NCBI GenBank assembly: GCA_963693365.1
Contig: CAVNZM010000005.1
Location: forward strand, 3,120,202-3,184,201
Direction: 5' to 3'
DNA length: 64,000 nt
Source: Amoebidium appalachense
Taxonomy: Eukaryota > Protista > Ichthyosporea
The notes under the pieces are model-generated. The model worked only from the letters and a program-made list of their open reading frames with translations, was not told the origin of the DNA and searched no databases. Both the position numbers and the translations under genes were made by a program. Shown here piece after piece: positions 14,952-27,224 of this stretch (positions within the stretch are counted from its first letter, which is position 1; each line of letters starts with the position of its first letter).

Positions 14952-15051
14952 TCATGCGTGCCCTTCTCTCTATCACCCATGGTATGTGTGTGCGTGTGTG
15001 CCCGCACGTGAGTGTGTGTGTGAGTGTGTGAGTGTGTGAGTGTGTGAGTGA

Positions 15052-15118
<67 letters not shown>

Positions 15119-15311
15119 CTTGTGCGTGCTTGTGCGTGTGTGTGTGGTTGTGTGCACTTGCTCTCCCCCGTCCCGGTCTCCGCCCACTAGTTTGACCGGG
15201 TTTTTCTTCTCTTTTTTCTGCTTCCAAGTTCTCCGCCTTTCGTTCTTTTCCCTCGGGCAAGATTGGGCAAAAACTACGAGACAGACATTGCAGATAAAGG
15301 TGAATGCCCCC

Positions 15312-15350
<39 letters not shown>

Positions 15351-15823
15351 ACTGTTCCCACCCTCACCCCCACCCACCCACCCACCCCCCCACCACCACA
15401 CCCCCCCCAACCCCATATTCTCATCCGGTCGACGTTTCCAAAACTAGCTCGCGGTTTAAGTCGTTTCCCTTTGCCGCAGCTTTTCATTCCTTTCACTATG
15501 CCATGAGAATGTACGTGAATGGTTGCCATGAATGTACGTGAATGGGGCTTTGCACGTTTGCATACATGCACACATACACACGAGCACACACATGATTGAT
15601 TGTAAGCGACCCCTCACCCCCCCCCCCCCGGGCCCCCTCCCCCTCCTCCTCCTCCTCCCCCCTTTTCCTCTCTCCTCCTCTCTCTTGTCGCCTTCCTTTG
15701 TTTGCAGACCACTTGACTAAAAGGTCACTGCTTGACCCCTCCCCTTCCCCCCCCCCCCCTCCCCTCCCCCCTTGCCCCTCCCAAACACACATGCACACTT
15801 ATGCGCCGACACGTGTGTGTGTA

Positions 15824-15874
<51 letters not shown>

Positions 15875-15875
15875 G

Positions 15876-15907
<32 letters not shown>

Positions 15908-15944
15908 CGCGCGCGCGCGCGTGCGCAAACCCACCCACACTGAA

Positions 15945-16670
15945 AGACAACGACCCCCTGCGACGGCTCCACCTTCATGGTGGCTCTGAATCTGTAGGAG
16001 CCTCCCACCCCGTCCCAACCCCCAACCCCCACCCCCCACCCTCCTCCCTTTTTATCCTCGCCCACCCCCCTCCCCCGGGCTCCCCATAGCTCCCGCAGTT
16101 CCTAGTCCCCTTACAGACATCCGACACGCACACACAGGTTTGAACACCTCTTTTGCTTCTTGTTCCTTCTTGCTCACTCCCCTTCGCCTCCCTCTTCTCC
16201 CTCTCTCCCCCCCCCCCCCCCCCCCCCCCCCCCCGCCCTCCCTTTCCCCCCCCCTATCTTCCCCTTCTTCCCCCCCCCCCTCTCCCCCCTTCCCTCCCCC
16301 CCCCCCCCCCCCCCCCCCCCGTCTCTCGTGGAGACTCTCCCTCCCCCCCCCCCCCCCCCCCCCTCCCCATCTCTTTCTCTTTCTCTATCACACACACACA
16401 CTGTCTTCCATCTCTGTCTCCCTGTGTCTCATCCCCTTCTCTCTCTTTCGAGGCTCTCTCTCTGTGTGTTTTCTGACTTTTAGTTCCCACAGTTTTAAGG
16501 AGAGGTACGGCAAAATATTCAACCGTATCGGACACACACTGAACGCCGTTCAGAAGTGTATATCGGTACCCACATTCCATTGCCTATTACGGACAGCCCC
16601 ACACGATCGCCAGATCACAGCTGGTACGTGCCATGCTGTTTGTGTGGGTGGGCGGGTAGGTGGGTGGGGT

Positions 16671-16706
<36 letters not shown>

Positions 16707-16888
16707 GGGTGGGTGGGTGGGTGGGTGTGGGTGTGTGATGGGTATGTGTATGTGCCAGTATGTGTGTGTGCGTGTGTGTGTGGGCCGGTCAGTGTGTGTA
16801 TTTGAAAAGGCGGGTGTGTGTGTGTGGGGGGGGGGGGGGGGGGGGGGAGGGGGAGGCTCGTGCGGACGTCCGTAGGTGTGTGTGCCTG
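15945..16888. repeat. Dispersed ~1-kb repeat module, copy 1 (copy 2 at 29054-30082)
   Basis: Shared unique blocks GACAAC.ACCCCCTGCGACGGCTCCACC..., TTCCCACAGTTTTAAGGAGAGGTACGGC... and ...GGACGTCCGTAGGTGTGTGTGCCTG. Confidence 0.9.
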
Positions 16889-17163
16889 TGTGTGGTTTTA
16901 TTTTTATTTTTATTTTTTAATTTTTATTCAGGAGAGGAAGGGGGGGGGAGGGGCAAGGGTGCAAGGCTTGAGCATATTCTAGCTTGAAGTCGAGACACCT
17001 TTTCTCTGCTTGATGATTGTGGTGCTTCTTCCTCTTGTATTTTGCATTTCTTTCTTCTCGTTCTGTGTATGTGAGTGTTAATTGGTCTGCAATAGGGGGG
17101 CACGGAAGGGGATGGCAGGTCAGAGAAGAGGGAGGGATGTGTGTGTGTGCATATTGGGAAGGG

Positions 17164-17321
<158 letters not shown>

Positions 17322-17839
17322 TTGGGGGTTTGGGGGGGAGAGGGGGAGGGGGAAGTTTGTGTATAAGTGCTTGGAGGGATGTGTCTCTGTGGGGAGGGGG
17401 ACGCTTATGTGCGTGCGCCCATGCTTGCGGGCGGGAGGGCGAGTGGGAACGTGTGCGTAGGTGTGTGTGTGCGGGATACGGAATGCTTGCATGCGGTCAA
17501 ACACACTCAGACAGGTATGTGCACACGAACATCCACTCGCACACGCACACACAGACACATGGGTTCACGCATACACGTATGCACGTGCAAAGCCTGCAAA
17601 CGCTCACACAGGCGCACCCATGCAAACGTGTGTGTATACGTGTGCGTACATGTACACACGTGTACACTTACACAAGCGCCCACATGCACTCACACGCGCC
17701 GCAGCGCGCGATCGAGTATGCACCCGCGCAAACACCCACGCACACGTGCACGCACAAGCACAAGCACACGCACCCACCACACACACACACACACACGCAC
17801 GCACGAACACACACACACACACACACACACAGACACACG

Positions 17840-17915
<76 letters not shown>

Positions 17916-18061
17916 CTTTGCATACAACCCCATCCCTTGTGAGGTTGGGCCACCCCCGCTGCGCCAGGTCTTGTGCAGCTCTCAGGCCTAGGACTCATGG
18001 GAGCTGGAGGTCACCAAGGGCGATGGTGGGTTGCCATATCTGTTTTTTTTTTTTTTTTTTT

Positions 18062-18093
<32 letters not shown>

Positions 18094-18551
18094 GATATCA
18101 TACCAAAATGCCCGGCAGGTGGGTGATTGGCTGGGCGGGGGTTTTTTTTCCCTAGTAGAGGAGGGGAATTGGTGGTGAGGGGTGGTCTCAAACTTTCGTC
18201 TGACTCAAACTATCCTTTGAGAAGAGAGAATGAGTTACATGCACTCAAGTGGTAAAGGCGGGAAGCAAGAAATCGTTCACCAATCATGTGTTTTCTTGCA
18301 GCGTATGGGTGCGCCTTTAAATAGGCACCTGGATTCTTAGTTTCACTTGTTGGCCGCGAACCCAATTATAAGCCTGCGGTTTGGTTGGAAGATGGTGAGG
18401 TGCTCGAATTAAAAATGACGTAAGTTGTCATTTGGAGCGCCTTTCATTGGGCAACTAGGATTACCCAATTGATTGCTCGGTAGCCAAACTGTTAGCACAC
18501 CTTGTTCCGAAGCATAGTTTCATGTGGGGGTGGGGTGGGTGGGTTTGGGGT

Positions 18552-18586
<35 letters not shown>

Positions 18587-18746
18587 ACCTCTGTCTGGGT
18601 GTGAAGTGGGATGCAGGACGGATGCTCATGAGCTGTGTACACACCCACATCATACACACACCACACACCAGACATCCGTCTACACACGTTCACGCATATA
18701 CATGCCCCTTGACACACCCCTTGACACACGTACAACACAACACACA

Positions 18747-18805
<59 letters not shown>

Positions 18806-19613
18806 GCACACATGCACACTTACACACCCCTCTTCACCCTTTACACATAGAGACGTACAGACGAATAGACACACCCACACGTTCTGTTGTGCACACATAC
18901 ACACACGTACACAAATCCCTACAACCCCGCACACACACGTACACAGGTGCACGGGTATACATATACTGAGCAGTGACATATAGACGGAGATCCCGGCTGG
19001 TCGGAGGTGCGCAGAGGCACCCACACGGGGATGGTGTCCCCCTATGTGCAGCCTCTGCAAAGGGAAAATCCGGCCAGTATGCCGGAGGAGGCAGGGGAGC
19101 AGCCACAGCTGGTGTTTCAGAGGTGGGTTGGTTGTTGACAAAGGGTGGTGTTTGCTTGCACTGTGACTGTGAAAGAGAAATATTGAAATGGATGAGTAGA
19201 TAAAAAGGCTGTTGGCTTAGGTTGGGTTTGTGGTTGGTTTTGTGTTTTTAGTTTTTATGCTGTCCTTCCATTTCTCTACGTCTACTGCGGATAGAAAAAC
19301 CAGGCATTTGTTGCTTTTTCTTTCTTTCTTTCTTTTCTTCTTTTGTGTGTGTGTGGTGTGGGGTGGGGGGGCGGGGGGAAGGATGGGTGTGTTGGTTTGG
19401 GGGGAAGGGGTGGGGGGGAGGGAGGACTTTCACGTGTTTTCTGTCATGCTGTTTGCTTAATTCAACTTTGTTACCAGTAAAATTCACGCACATGCCGGAT
19501 GAAAAACTGCAATTTCGATTTTAAATTGGATGGTGGTGGAGGTAAATTTGGATGGTGTGTGTGTGTTTGTATGTACAGACGCGTGTATGTATGTGCGTGC
19601 GTGCGTGCGTGTG

Positions 19614-19653
<40 letters not shown>

Positions 19654-19657
19654 TGTG

Positions 19658-19724
<67 letters not shown>

Positions 19725-19827
19725 ATGCGTGTGTGCATGCGTGAGTATGTGCGTGTGCGTGTTCTTGGTGCTAGCATTTGTTTTGTGTATCCAAAGTACG
19801 AGCTTTGTGTGGTTAAATGTGCGAGCA

Positions 19828-19943
<116 letters not shown>

Positions 19944-20016
19944 TGCGTGTGTGTGCGTGTGTGGGTGTCTGCGTCTGTGTGTGTGTGTGTATGTGTCTGT
20001 GTGTGTTTGTTTGAGT

Positions 20017-20898
20017 GTTCTGGTTACTCGCATTTGTTTTGTGTATTCGCACGTTGCAATACTTTTTAGTCCTCGGAGCAGGGAACACGGTGGAGAGGGG
20101 GGAGGTTGGGGGGATGAATATCTCCTGATGAGTTTTTTGAGCAGGAGGTGACACAACAATACATGTGCGCCCGATGGAGTGGCAAGGTGGGTTCTTGCCT
20201 CTTTGTTTTTTCTTGTGTTTTGCCGTGGCTAGCGATTTTTTTGTGTGGTTGTTAACGTTGGGTGTACGTCAAGTTTCTGATGGAAATTTCGAGGTTTAGG
20301 GTTAAAGCACAGGGGGAAGGTCGGTGCGGTAAATGGGAATGTTGCTCTTTGTTGCCATCTAGGCACCACAAGCATTGACCAATCTATCCAACATCGCTCT
20401 GCCACACACCATAAAGACCACACAATGGCAATCTAGCAGCACAAAAGCTGCAAAAGTGTGTTCACTCAGGGTGTGCTTTGTTCATGTTTTGTGTGTCAAC
20501 GGTAGGGGGCATGTCAATGGGTCCCAGGGGGGGAGGGGGGGGGGGGGGGGGGGGAGAGGTGTATACAGAGGGGATAAGTAGTAAGGATTAAGCAGGGGTT
20601 GAGTATGTTTCTTCGAGAGAAATGTTATTCTGATTTGTTTATTTATTTTGTCTTTTTTTGCGCAGAATAAGGAGGCAGCCGGGCTGAAAACAACCGCATC
20701 TGGAAATAGTGTGGCACTGTCCAGCAGTCGAGGGGAATGGTGGGGGTGAATGTGGATGGTGTGTGTGTTTGTTCGTGTAGGTGTGCATGCGTGCGTGCGT
20801 GCATGCATGCATGCATGTGCGCATGTGTGCGTGCGTCTGTTAGTGCATGAAGGGGGGGGGGGAATGTGTGTGAGTGTGTATGTGTGTGTAAGCGGTGC

Positions 20899-20960
<62 letters not shown>

Positions 20961-21124
20961 TGTTAGCTTGTGTGTGTGTGAGGGGGGGAGGGGGGAGGGA
21001 TGTGTGTGAGTATCTGTGGTGTGTGGTGCATGTGTGTGTTTATATTTCTTTTTGTGTTTGTATTTCTGTGTGGATTTGCGTGCACGTGTGTGTGTGAGTG
21101 TGTGTTCGTATGTGTGTCTGTGTG

Positions 21125-21203
<79 letters not shown>

Positions 21204-21260
21204 CGATGTACGAACTTTGTTTGGTAAAATGTGCGGGCACACGGGCGCGCGCGCGCGCGC

Positions 21261-21319
<59 letters not shown>

Positions 21320-21562
21320 CGTGTGTGTGAGTGTGTTGTGTGTGTGTGTGTGTGTGTTTGTGTGTGTGTTTGTGGTTGTGTGTGTGTGTGTGTGTGTGTG
21401 TGTTCTGGGTACTCACATTTGTTTTGTTTATTCGCACTTTGCAGATATTTTTAGTCCTCGGAGCACGGGAACACGGTGGAGGGGGGCGAGAGGGGGAGAG
21501 GTTGGGGGGATGAATATCTCCTGATGGAGTTTTTGAGCAGGAAGTGACGCAACAATACATGT
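20017..21562. repeat. Diverged direct repeat pair (about 20017-20166 and 21401-21562)
   Basis: Shared TTTTTAGTCCTCGGAGCA..GGAACACGGTGGAG...GGGGGATGAATATCTCCTGATG...ACAATACATGT. Confidence 0.8.
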
Positions 21563-21966
21563 AACGATAGGCTCCTAGACCACTACACCGTAGCCACCCT
21601 CTATGTACAACACCATATTGGAGGGGGGGGGGGGGGGGGGGGGAGGGGGGGGGAGGGGGGGGGGGGGGTTGCAACGGTCGGTGTGTGTTTGACATGAGGA
21701 AAAATCCAGATACGGGATGCTTTGCATGCGATCAAACACACACAGGCTGTTTAGTATCTAGCTGCCATAGATTTCTTTCATGCCCTTGTGTGCGTTGATA
21801 TGCTATATGTAAGCAATGCCCGGCAGTGTACCGGCCCGTATATGGTTATGAGATGCTTGTAACGGTTTATGGTGAATATGACACCTGGGGTGTTGTCATA
21901 TTGGCCGGTGGGAGCGGCAAATTTAAATAAATGTGCATTGATCCCCTATCCCAGAGAAAGGGGATC

Positions 21967-22002
<36 letters not shown>

Positions 22003-22074
22003 TACATGGGTGTGTGTTACACGGCGTGTGTGTGTCTGTGTGTTGTGTTTGTGTGTGTGCACGCGTGCGCATGG

Positions 22075-22141
<67 letters not shown>

Positions 22142-22516
22142 TGAGTGCATGCATGTGTGCTTGTACATGTTGGGTAGTTATGTACGTCATAGAGTTTCTG
22201 TAAATTTCGCAATACATCCCCAGAAAGACCCCATGCAGATGTTTTGTTCACCGAAGGCCGTCAAGTTTGAAATTTGCATTTATACACGGTCGGCCCGAAA
22301 AACAAACATGGGCCACTGGGATATCGATATGTTCCTTAGAATGAGCACGGGGGATTTACATCGCCTGGGTCTTCTAATTCGGCTCGAGAAAACCTGGGTG
22401 TGCCATGCATGGGCAGTGTTTGTTCTTCTTCATCAATGATTCAGAATCTCGACCTGTTCCTTTCAGAATCTTTCTTTCTTCCTTTTTTTTTTCCTTTTTT
22501 TCTTTTTTTTTTTTTT

Positions 22517-22601
<85 letters not shown>

Positions 22602-22734
22602 GAATGTGGTATCGATGCCATAGAATACACGGTGGACAACCCGGGCCAACAAAGCAGTTTGCAACACACACACAAAGTCAGTCCATCCTCAGGGGATGGC
22701 CAAGTCATCCCCAGTACTCAGTTTGGGATCCATT

Positions 22735-22884
22735 TGCCTCGTCAACAAACCCCAACGCACATTCAGCTTCACTTGTCCAGATATGGCTATTCGTGGCTAC
22801 CTGGGCACAGGCAGCACTGTGCTTGCGTGGCCACATGGTGGAAATCGATCATTACCATAGATGGCGATGTGGTTTGTGTGTGTA

Positions 22885-22979
<95 letters not shown>

Positions 22980-23056
22980 TTGTTCGTGTGCGCCTGTGCG
23001 TGTCTGACATTTGTGTGTTAGTGTTGTGTGTTTGTGTGTGTGTTTGTGTGTGTGTC

Positions 23057-23102
<46 letters not shown>

Positions 23103-23120
23103 AGTGTGTGTGTACAAGTG

Positions 23121-23158
<38 letters not shown>

Positions 23159-23297
23159 CTCGTCAACGAACCCCAACGCACATTCAGCTTCACTTGACCA
23201 TATATGGCTATTCGTGGCTACATGGGCACAGGCAGCACCGTGCTTGCGTGGCCACATGGTGGAAATCCATCATTACCATATATGGCAATTCGGTTTG
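22735..23297. repeat. Direct repeat pair (about 22735-22876 and 23156-23297) separated by (TG)n
   Basis: Shared TGCCTCGTCAAC.AACCCCAACGCACATTCAGCTTCACTTG...GGCCACATGGTGGAAATC.ATCATTACCATA. Confidence 0.85.
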
Positions 23298-23298
23298 C

Positions 23299-23369
<71 letters not shown>

Positions 23370-23374
23370 TGTGT

Positions 23375-23412
<38 letters not shown>

Positions 23413-23455
23413 TCGTGTGAGCCCGCGCGTCTCTCTGACGATTTGTGTGTAAGTG

Positions 23456-23521
<66 letters not shown>

Positions 23522-23711
23522 ATGGGCAGGGGCTGGCTTTAAGTTATATCTTTTCCGTTGAAGTACCTCACCCCCATTCCCAGCCTGAATCTTTGCACCT
23601 GCGCGTTAGAACATTTTCATTCCCTCCTTAAAGTGTCGGTGGGTATGGGTGGAGGGCCAGTTTGTGCACGTGTGTGGGTGTGTGTGTGGGTATGAGTGTG
23701 TGTGAGGGTAT

Positions 23712-23784
<73 letters not shown>

Positions 23785-24039
23785 GGGGGGAGGGGGGGGG
23801 GGGGGGGGGAGGGGTCGACGGGGAGGGAGGGAAGGGGGTACTGGGAAAGGTGTCGGCTGAGCACGGGATGGCAGACTGCATGGAGTGGAGGTGGCAAAGA
23901 CAAGACCACAAAAGAAATATTTGTTTTTAATTCAACCATTACTAAGGGCATAGCGATTTACATCCACGCGTACGATAGTCTACATTGTAAGGCTTCATCT
24001 TTTTACACTACATTCATTTGTCTACATTATTTATTTAGT

Positions 24040-24325
24040 CTACACTAGAAACATTCACAGACGTTTACACAAAACTGTATCAGACAGTATCCGGCTGACT
24101 TTCGTACACGTGCACTGAAACTTTATCAACATTCTACACTGAAACTTCTTAAGACTGCATCAGACTTTATCACTTTATACACAAGACACTTTACCAGACT
24201 TTCTACACTGACACTTTAACTTCATTAGACTTTATCACACTTTGACTTTCTACACTGAAACTTCAACTTTATCAGACTTTAACACACTTTATATACTAAC
24301 TAGAAACTTTATGCGAACTTTGAAA
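24040..24325. repeat. Degenerate ACTTT-core short-period repeat, 3' of the orphan ORF
   Basis: About 15 ACTTT cores in variants such as CAGACTTTATCA, ACACTTTA and CTACACTGAAACTT. Confidence 0.7.
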
Positions 24326-24480
24326 CTCGCATAAGAGCATAAGGCAGACGCACGACCCTCGGTGGTTGCAGTCTGGCCGCCCAGTGGAACCCTGTGTGCC
24401 CTTGCCGTGGTGCACCCCCCGAACAACTCCCGACCATCCCCACCACTGCGTGGGTGTCGGTGGATGAATGCGCAGGGGGT

Positions 24481-25062
24481 TTACGGCACCACGGCGGAGG
24501 GCTCACTTTGGGTGCGGCCAAACAGGCGGCACAGGCCAGCCCTTGCTTTGCAGCCCAGCTTTGCGGCCAGTCGAGTAACAGCGCGCGGCTTTTTCTGCTT
24601 CTGCACGCTTTTCGGGTCCACCGTGGCCTGGGCAGCTACCTGGGCAGCCAACTCCGCGGCCCTCCGGGCTTCCTTCAGGGCCGGATACTCTGCCTCAAAC
24701 TTGGCTATACGGTCTAGGTAGGCCTTGGTGAAGGTGGGGGGCGGTGCGCGCTTGCGCGGCACCACAGCGGGCAGTGCTGTGTTTTGGCGCCACCTGCAGG
24801 CAAAGTTCCAGACAGTGGTGCTCACGGCGCACAGTAGCGCCCACGTGGCCAGAAAAGTCTCCTTGAACGAAGGCCCGCCGAACAGCAGCTCATGCACCGC
24901 CGGCTGCATGTTTTCAAGGCAGCACACCAAATGGCTCACGGCCCATGCGCACAGTGGCTCCCACACGGCCAGAAGGGCGCCCTTCAGCGACGGGCACACG
25001 TGCAGAAGAAACTGCACCAGCAGAAGGAGTTCAATAAAAAACGTCTGCACCCGTGGGGCCAT
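24481..25062 (-). CDS. Hypothetical 193-aa protein with hydrophobic N-terminal half and basic helical C-terminus; intronless
   Basis: ATG at 25062 (MAPRVQTFFIELLLLVQFLLHV...) to TAA at 24481. It is a GC-rich, repeat-free, coding-like island between AT-rich flanks. No family recognised. Confidence 0.6.
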   Translation of the reverse strand: MAPRVQTFFIELLLLVQFLLHVCPSLKGALLAVWEPLCAWAVSHLVCCLENMQPAVHELLFGGPSFKETFLATWALLCAVSTTVWNFACRWRQNTALPAVVPRKRAPPPTFTKAYLDRIAKFEAEYPALKEARRAAELAAQVAAQATVDPKSVQKQKKPRAVTRLAAKLGCKARAGLCRLFGRTQSEPSAVVP

Positions 25063-25892
25063 TCTTTTCAAGTTTTGACTAAGTTCTGTGTTGTGAAGGG
25101 CTTTTACACCACTTCGGTTTGTTTTGTTCGGGGTGTTTGCTCCGTGCCACGCTGCTCTATCTAAAGGCTTGTTGCCTGCTGCTACTCAACTACTTTGTGT
25201 TCGTCCAGTGTTTCAGGCTAGTCAGTTTGGCTTTTGTCGACTTCAATGTTTTCAATTGAGTCGTTTTTCGTTTTGGTTCTACAAAGCCTCTGTTCTTTCG
25301 ATTTGAACTGAATAGAGTTGAGCGTGGATTGACAACTATCGGCCGCTTGCAAGCGGCTATATAGCTTTAGGCAAGATCATTGGTATGCAGTTGGCACCTC
25401 AAATCCGTGACATAGAATATAAAGTAGGCTCTAAACACTAATGAAATCGTCTTGGCCAATTTTAAATTGTGCTGGCAAAAGATCCATCCGGCACGTCTAA
25501 CCAGTTGCGTCACCGGCCACATGTACAGCAATGGGTGGGGCTGAAAGAGTGACAGAAAAACATTTTTCATCAGAGAGAATCGGTCAATATGCTGCTGGAT
25601 AAAAACCTTTTTTTTGAATCTCTGTTCTTCAGGTATATTGATGCTTTAGTGCTGTTCTACGACACCGCTCTCCACTTTGAACATAGCTTATCCGTTAGCT
25701 TCTCAGATTCTGTTTTGCCCCTCTTCTCGCCATCGTTACGATCGTTGATTGGTCGTACCATGGTTGCATGATCAGAAGGCGGCTCACGCGGCTGAGCCAC
25801 CGTGAGCCAGCCGCTGTGACGTCACTGACCATCATTCATGAGCGCTACGGTACGCTCATGAGCAGTACGCATGAGCAGTACGTGCACACGTA

Positions 25893-27217
25893 GGGGGCCC
25901 CCCGGCAGATTCGGCCTTCTTCCACAACCGGGCCGTTTGGTTGGCTGGCGCGGGGCCGGGGTTACGTAAGGCGGTGGGGTCGGGGGAGGCCAGACCACGA
26001 TATGGAGGTTTGGGGGGAGGCCTGCGCAGGGCCTTACGTAAGCCTTACGTAAGGCGGTCAGGCGGGGGCGGGCGCTAGGTAGAGCACGATACGGAAGGCG
26101 TGGGTCTGGGGAGGTTTATGTGGCGAATCGGGCTGCGCGGTTGTGAAACTTGCGCTAATGACGTCGTCAGTAGGGAACCAGTCAGATTCTTCGGTCGTGG
26201 AAGTTGCAGAAGTGGCCTCGTGAGCCGTGATAGTGAACCAGTCGGAGGGCCCGGTTGTGAAAGTTAGCTAATGAGCGTTAATTACACCTGTAGCTTGCAC
26301 AACCGGGCGATACCATTGGGTAGTGGTTTGAAGTTTTATGATTGGATAAAAACCATTCAATCCTTTTGGCGGGTATATATAAACGTAGATCTGGGGGTAG
26401 TATATAATGCAGCAACACGATATTTGACGCTCAGTTTTTATAATGCCGCCGAAGCGAAGCAGAGCAAAGCAGAAGAAAGTTGTACAGCCTCCTTGTGGTA
26501 CTAGTGAATATGCAGTTGCGAGCATAAGCCTGAACATAACCAATGCGGGTGGGAATGTGCGATACCATTTGGTAGGCCTTTTGAATGAAATAGTTGGGTA
26601 GGAATCACGGTATTTGTCTTAGCGGCTAGTGGAGAGGTATAAAAAGGGTGAACACGATATCGTCGATCACTTTGTGACGCAGCGCGGTGTGGAGCAGGGT
26701 ACTCAGAAGAAAGCTGTCTGGAGCGAGCCTTTTTCTTGTTAGTACTGCATAACAGTCAAACTCGAGTGTGGATATCTTTGAACACGAGTAGGAGGTTTCC
26801 TCTTTGTCGAAGTACTGTTTGTTGTTTTTTTGACAAATAGTATGTTAAGATAGTCGCAGAAGTTCTTTCTTTTTACAATTTTTTTATTGCGGACTGCGGC
26901 TCAGAGGAGCTGTCAATGTTAGGCACCTCATAGAATTATGGTCGCCGACGGATCATTTTTCGAAGCTTGGTGAACATGAATTATTGGCGGCAACTGATCT
27001 GAGTGCGAGGTGATGGCGCTTCAAGCTGAGATTGGTCAGGGCCGGAATCGGATCCCTGACAGGTGCATTGTGGGTCGAAAGACGTAGGGCTACCTTTCGT
27101 TAAAACGGTTTTTTGCAGTTTCCTTATATGGCTAATCGGATCGAACCGGATTCGATCTGGACCAATCATAAATACCCCTTGGCAGAGTTTCTCGTTACGA
27201 CACGTAGGGCTACCTTT
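25893..27217 (-). mobile_element. Unclassified non-autonomous element E (1325 bp), no TIRs, flanked by 6-bp direct repeat CACGTA
   Basis: CACACGTA|GGGGGCCCCCC...AGGGCTACCTTT|CACGTATC, compared with the empty site CACACGTATC at about 14944-14953. No long ORF. Strand assignment is only relative to the second copy. Confidence 0.7.
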
Positions 27218-27224
27218 CACGTAT

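Noticed and set aside
20370-20470. LPHTIKTTQW peptide reminiscent of LINE ORF2 C-terminal region
   Set aside because: Too short and degenerate to call.
25893-25990. GGGGGCC start resembling HDV/CPEB3-like ribozymes
   Set aside because: I could not build the P1.1/P3/L3/P2 nested pseudoknot by eye; a covariance search would be needed.
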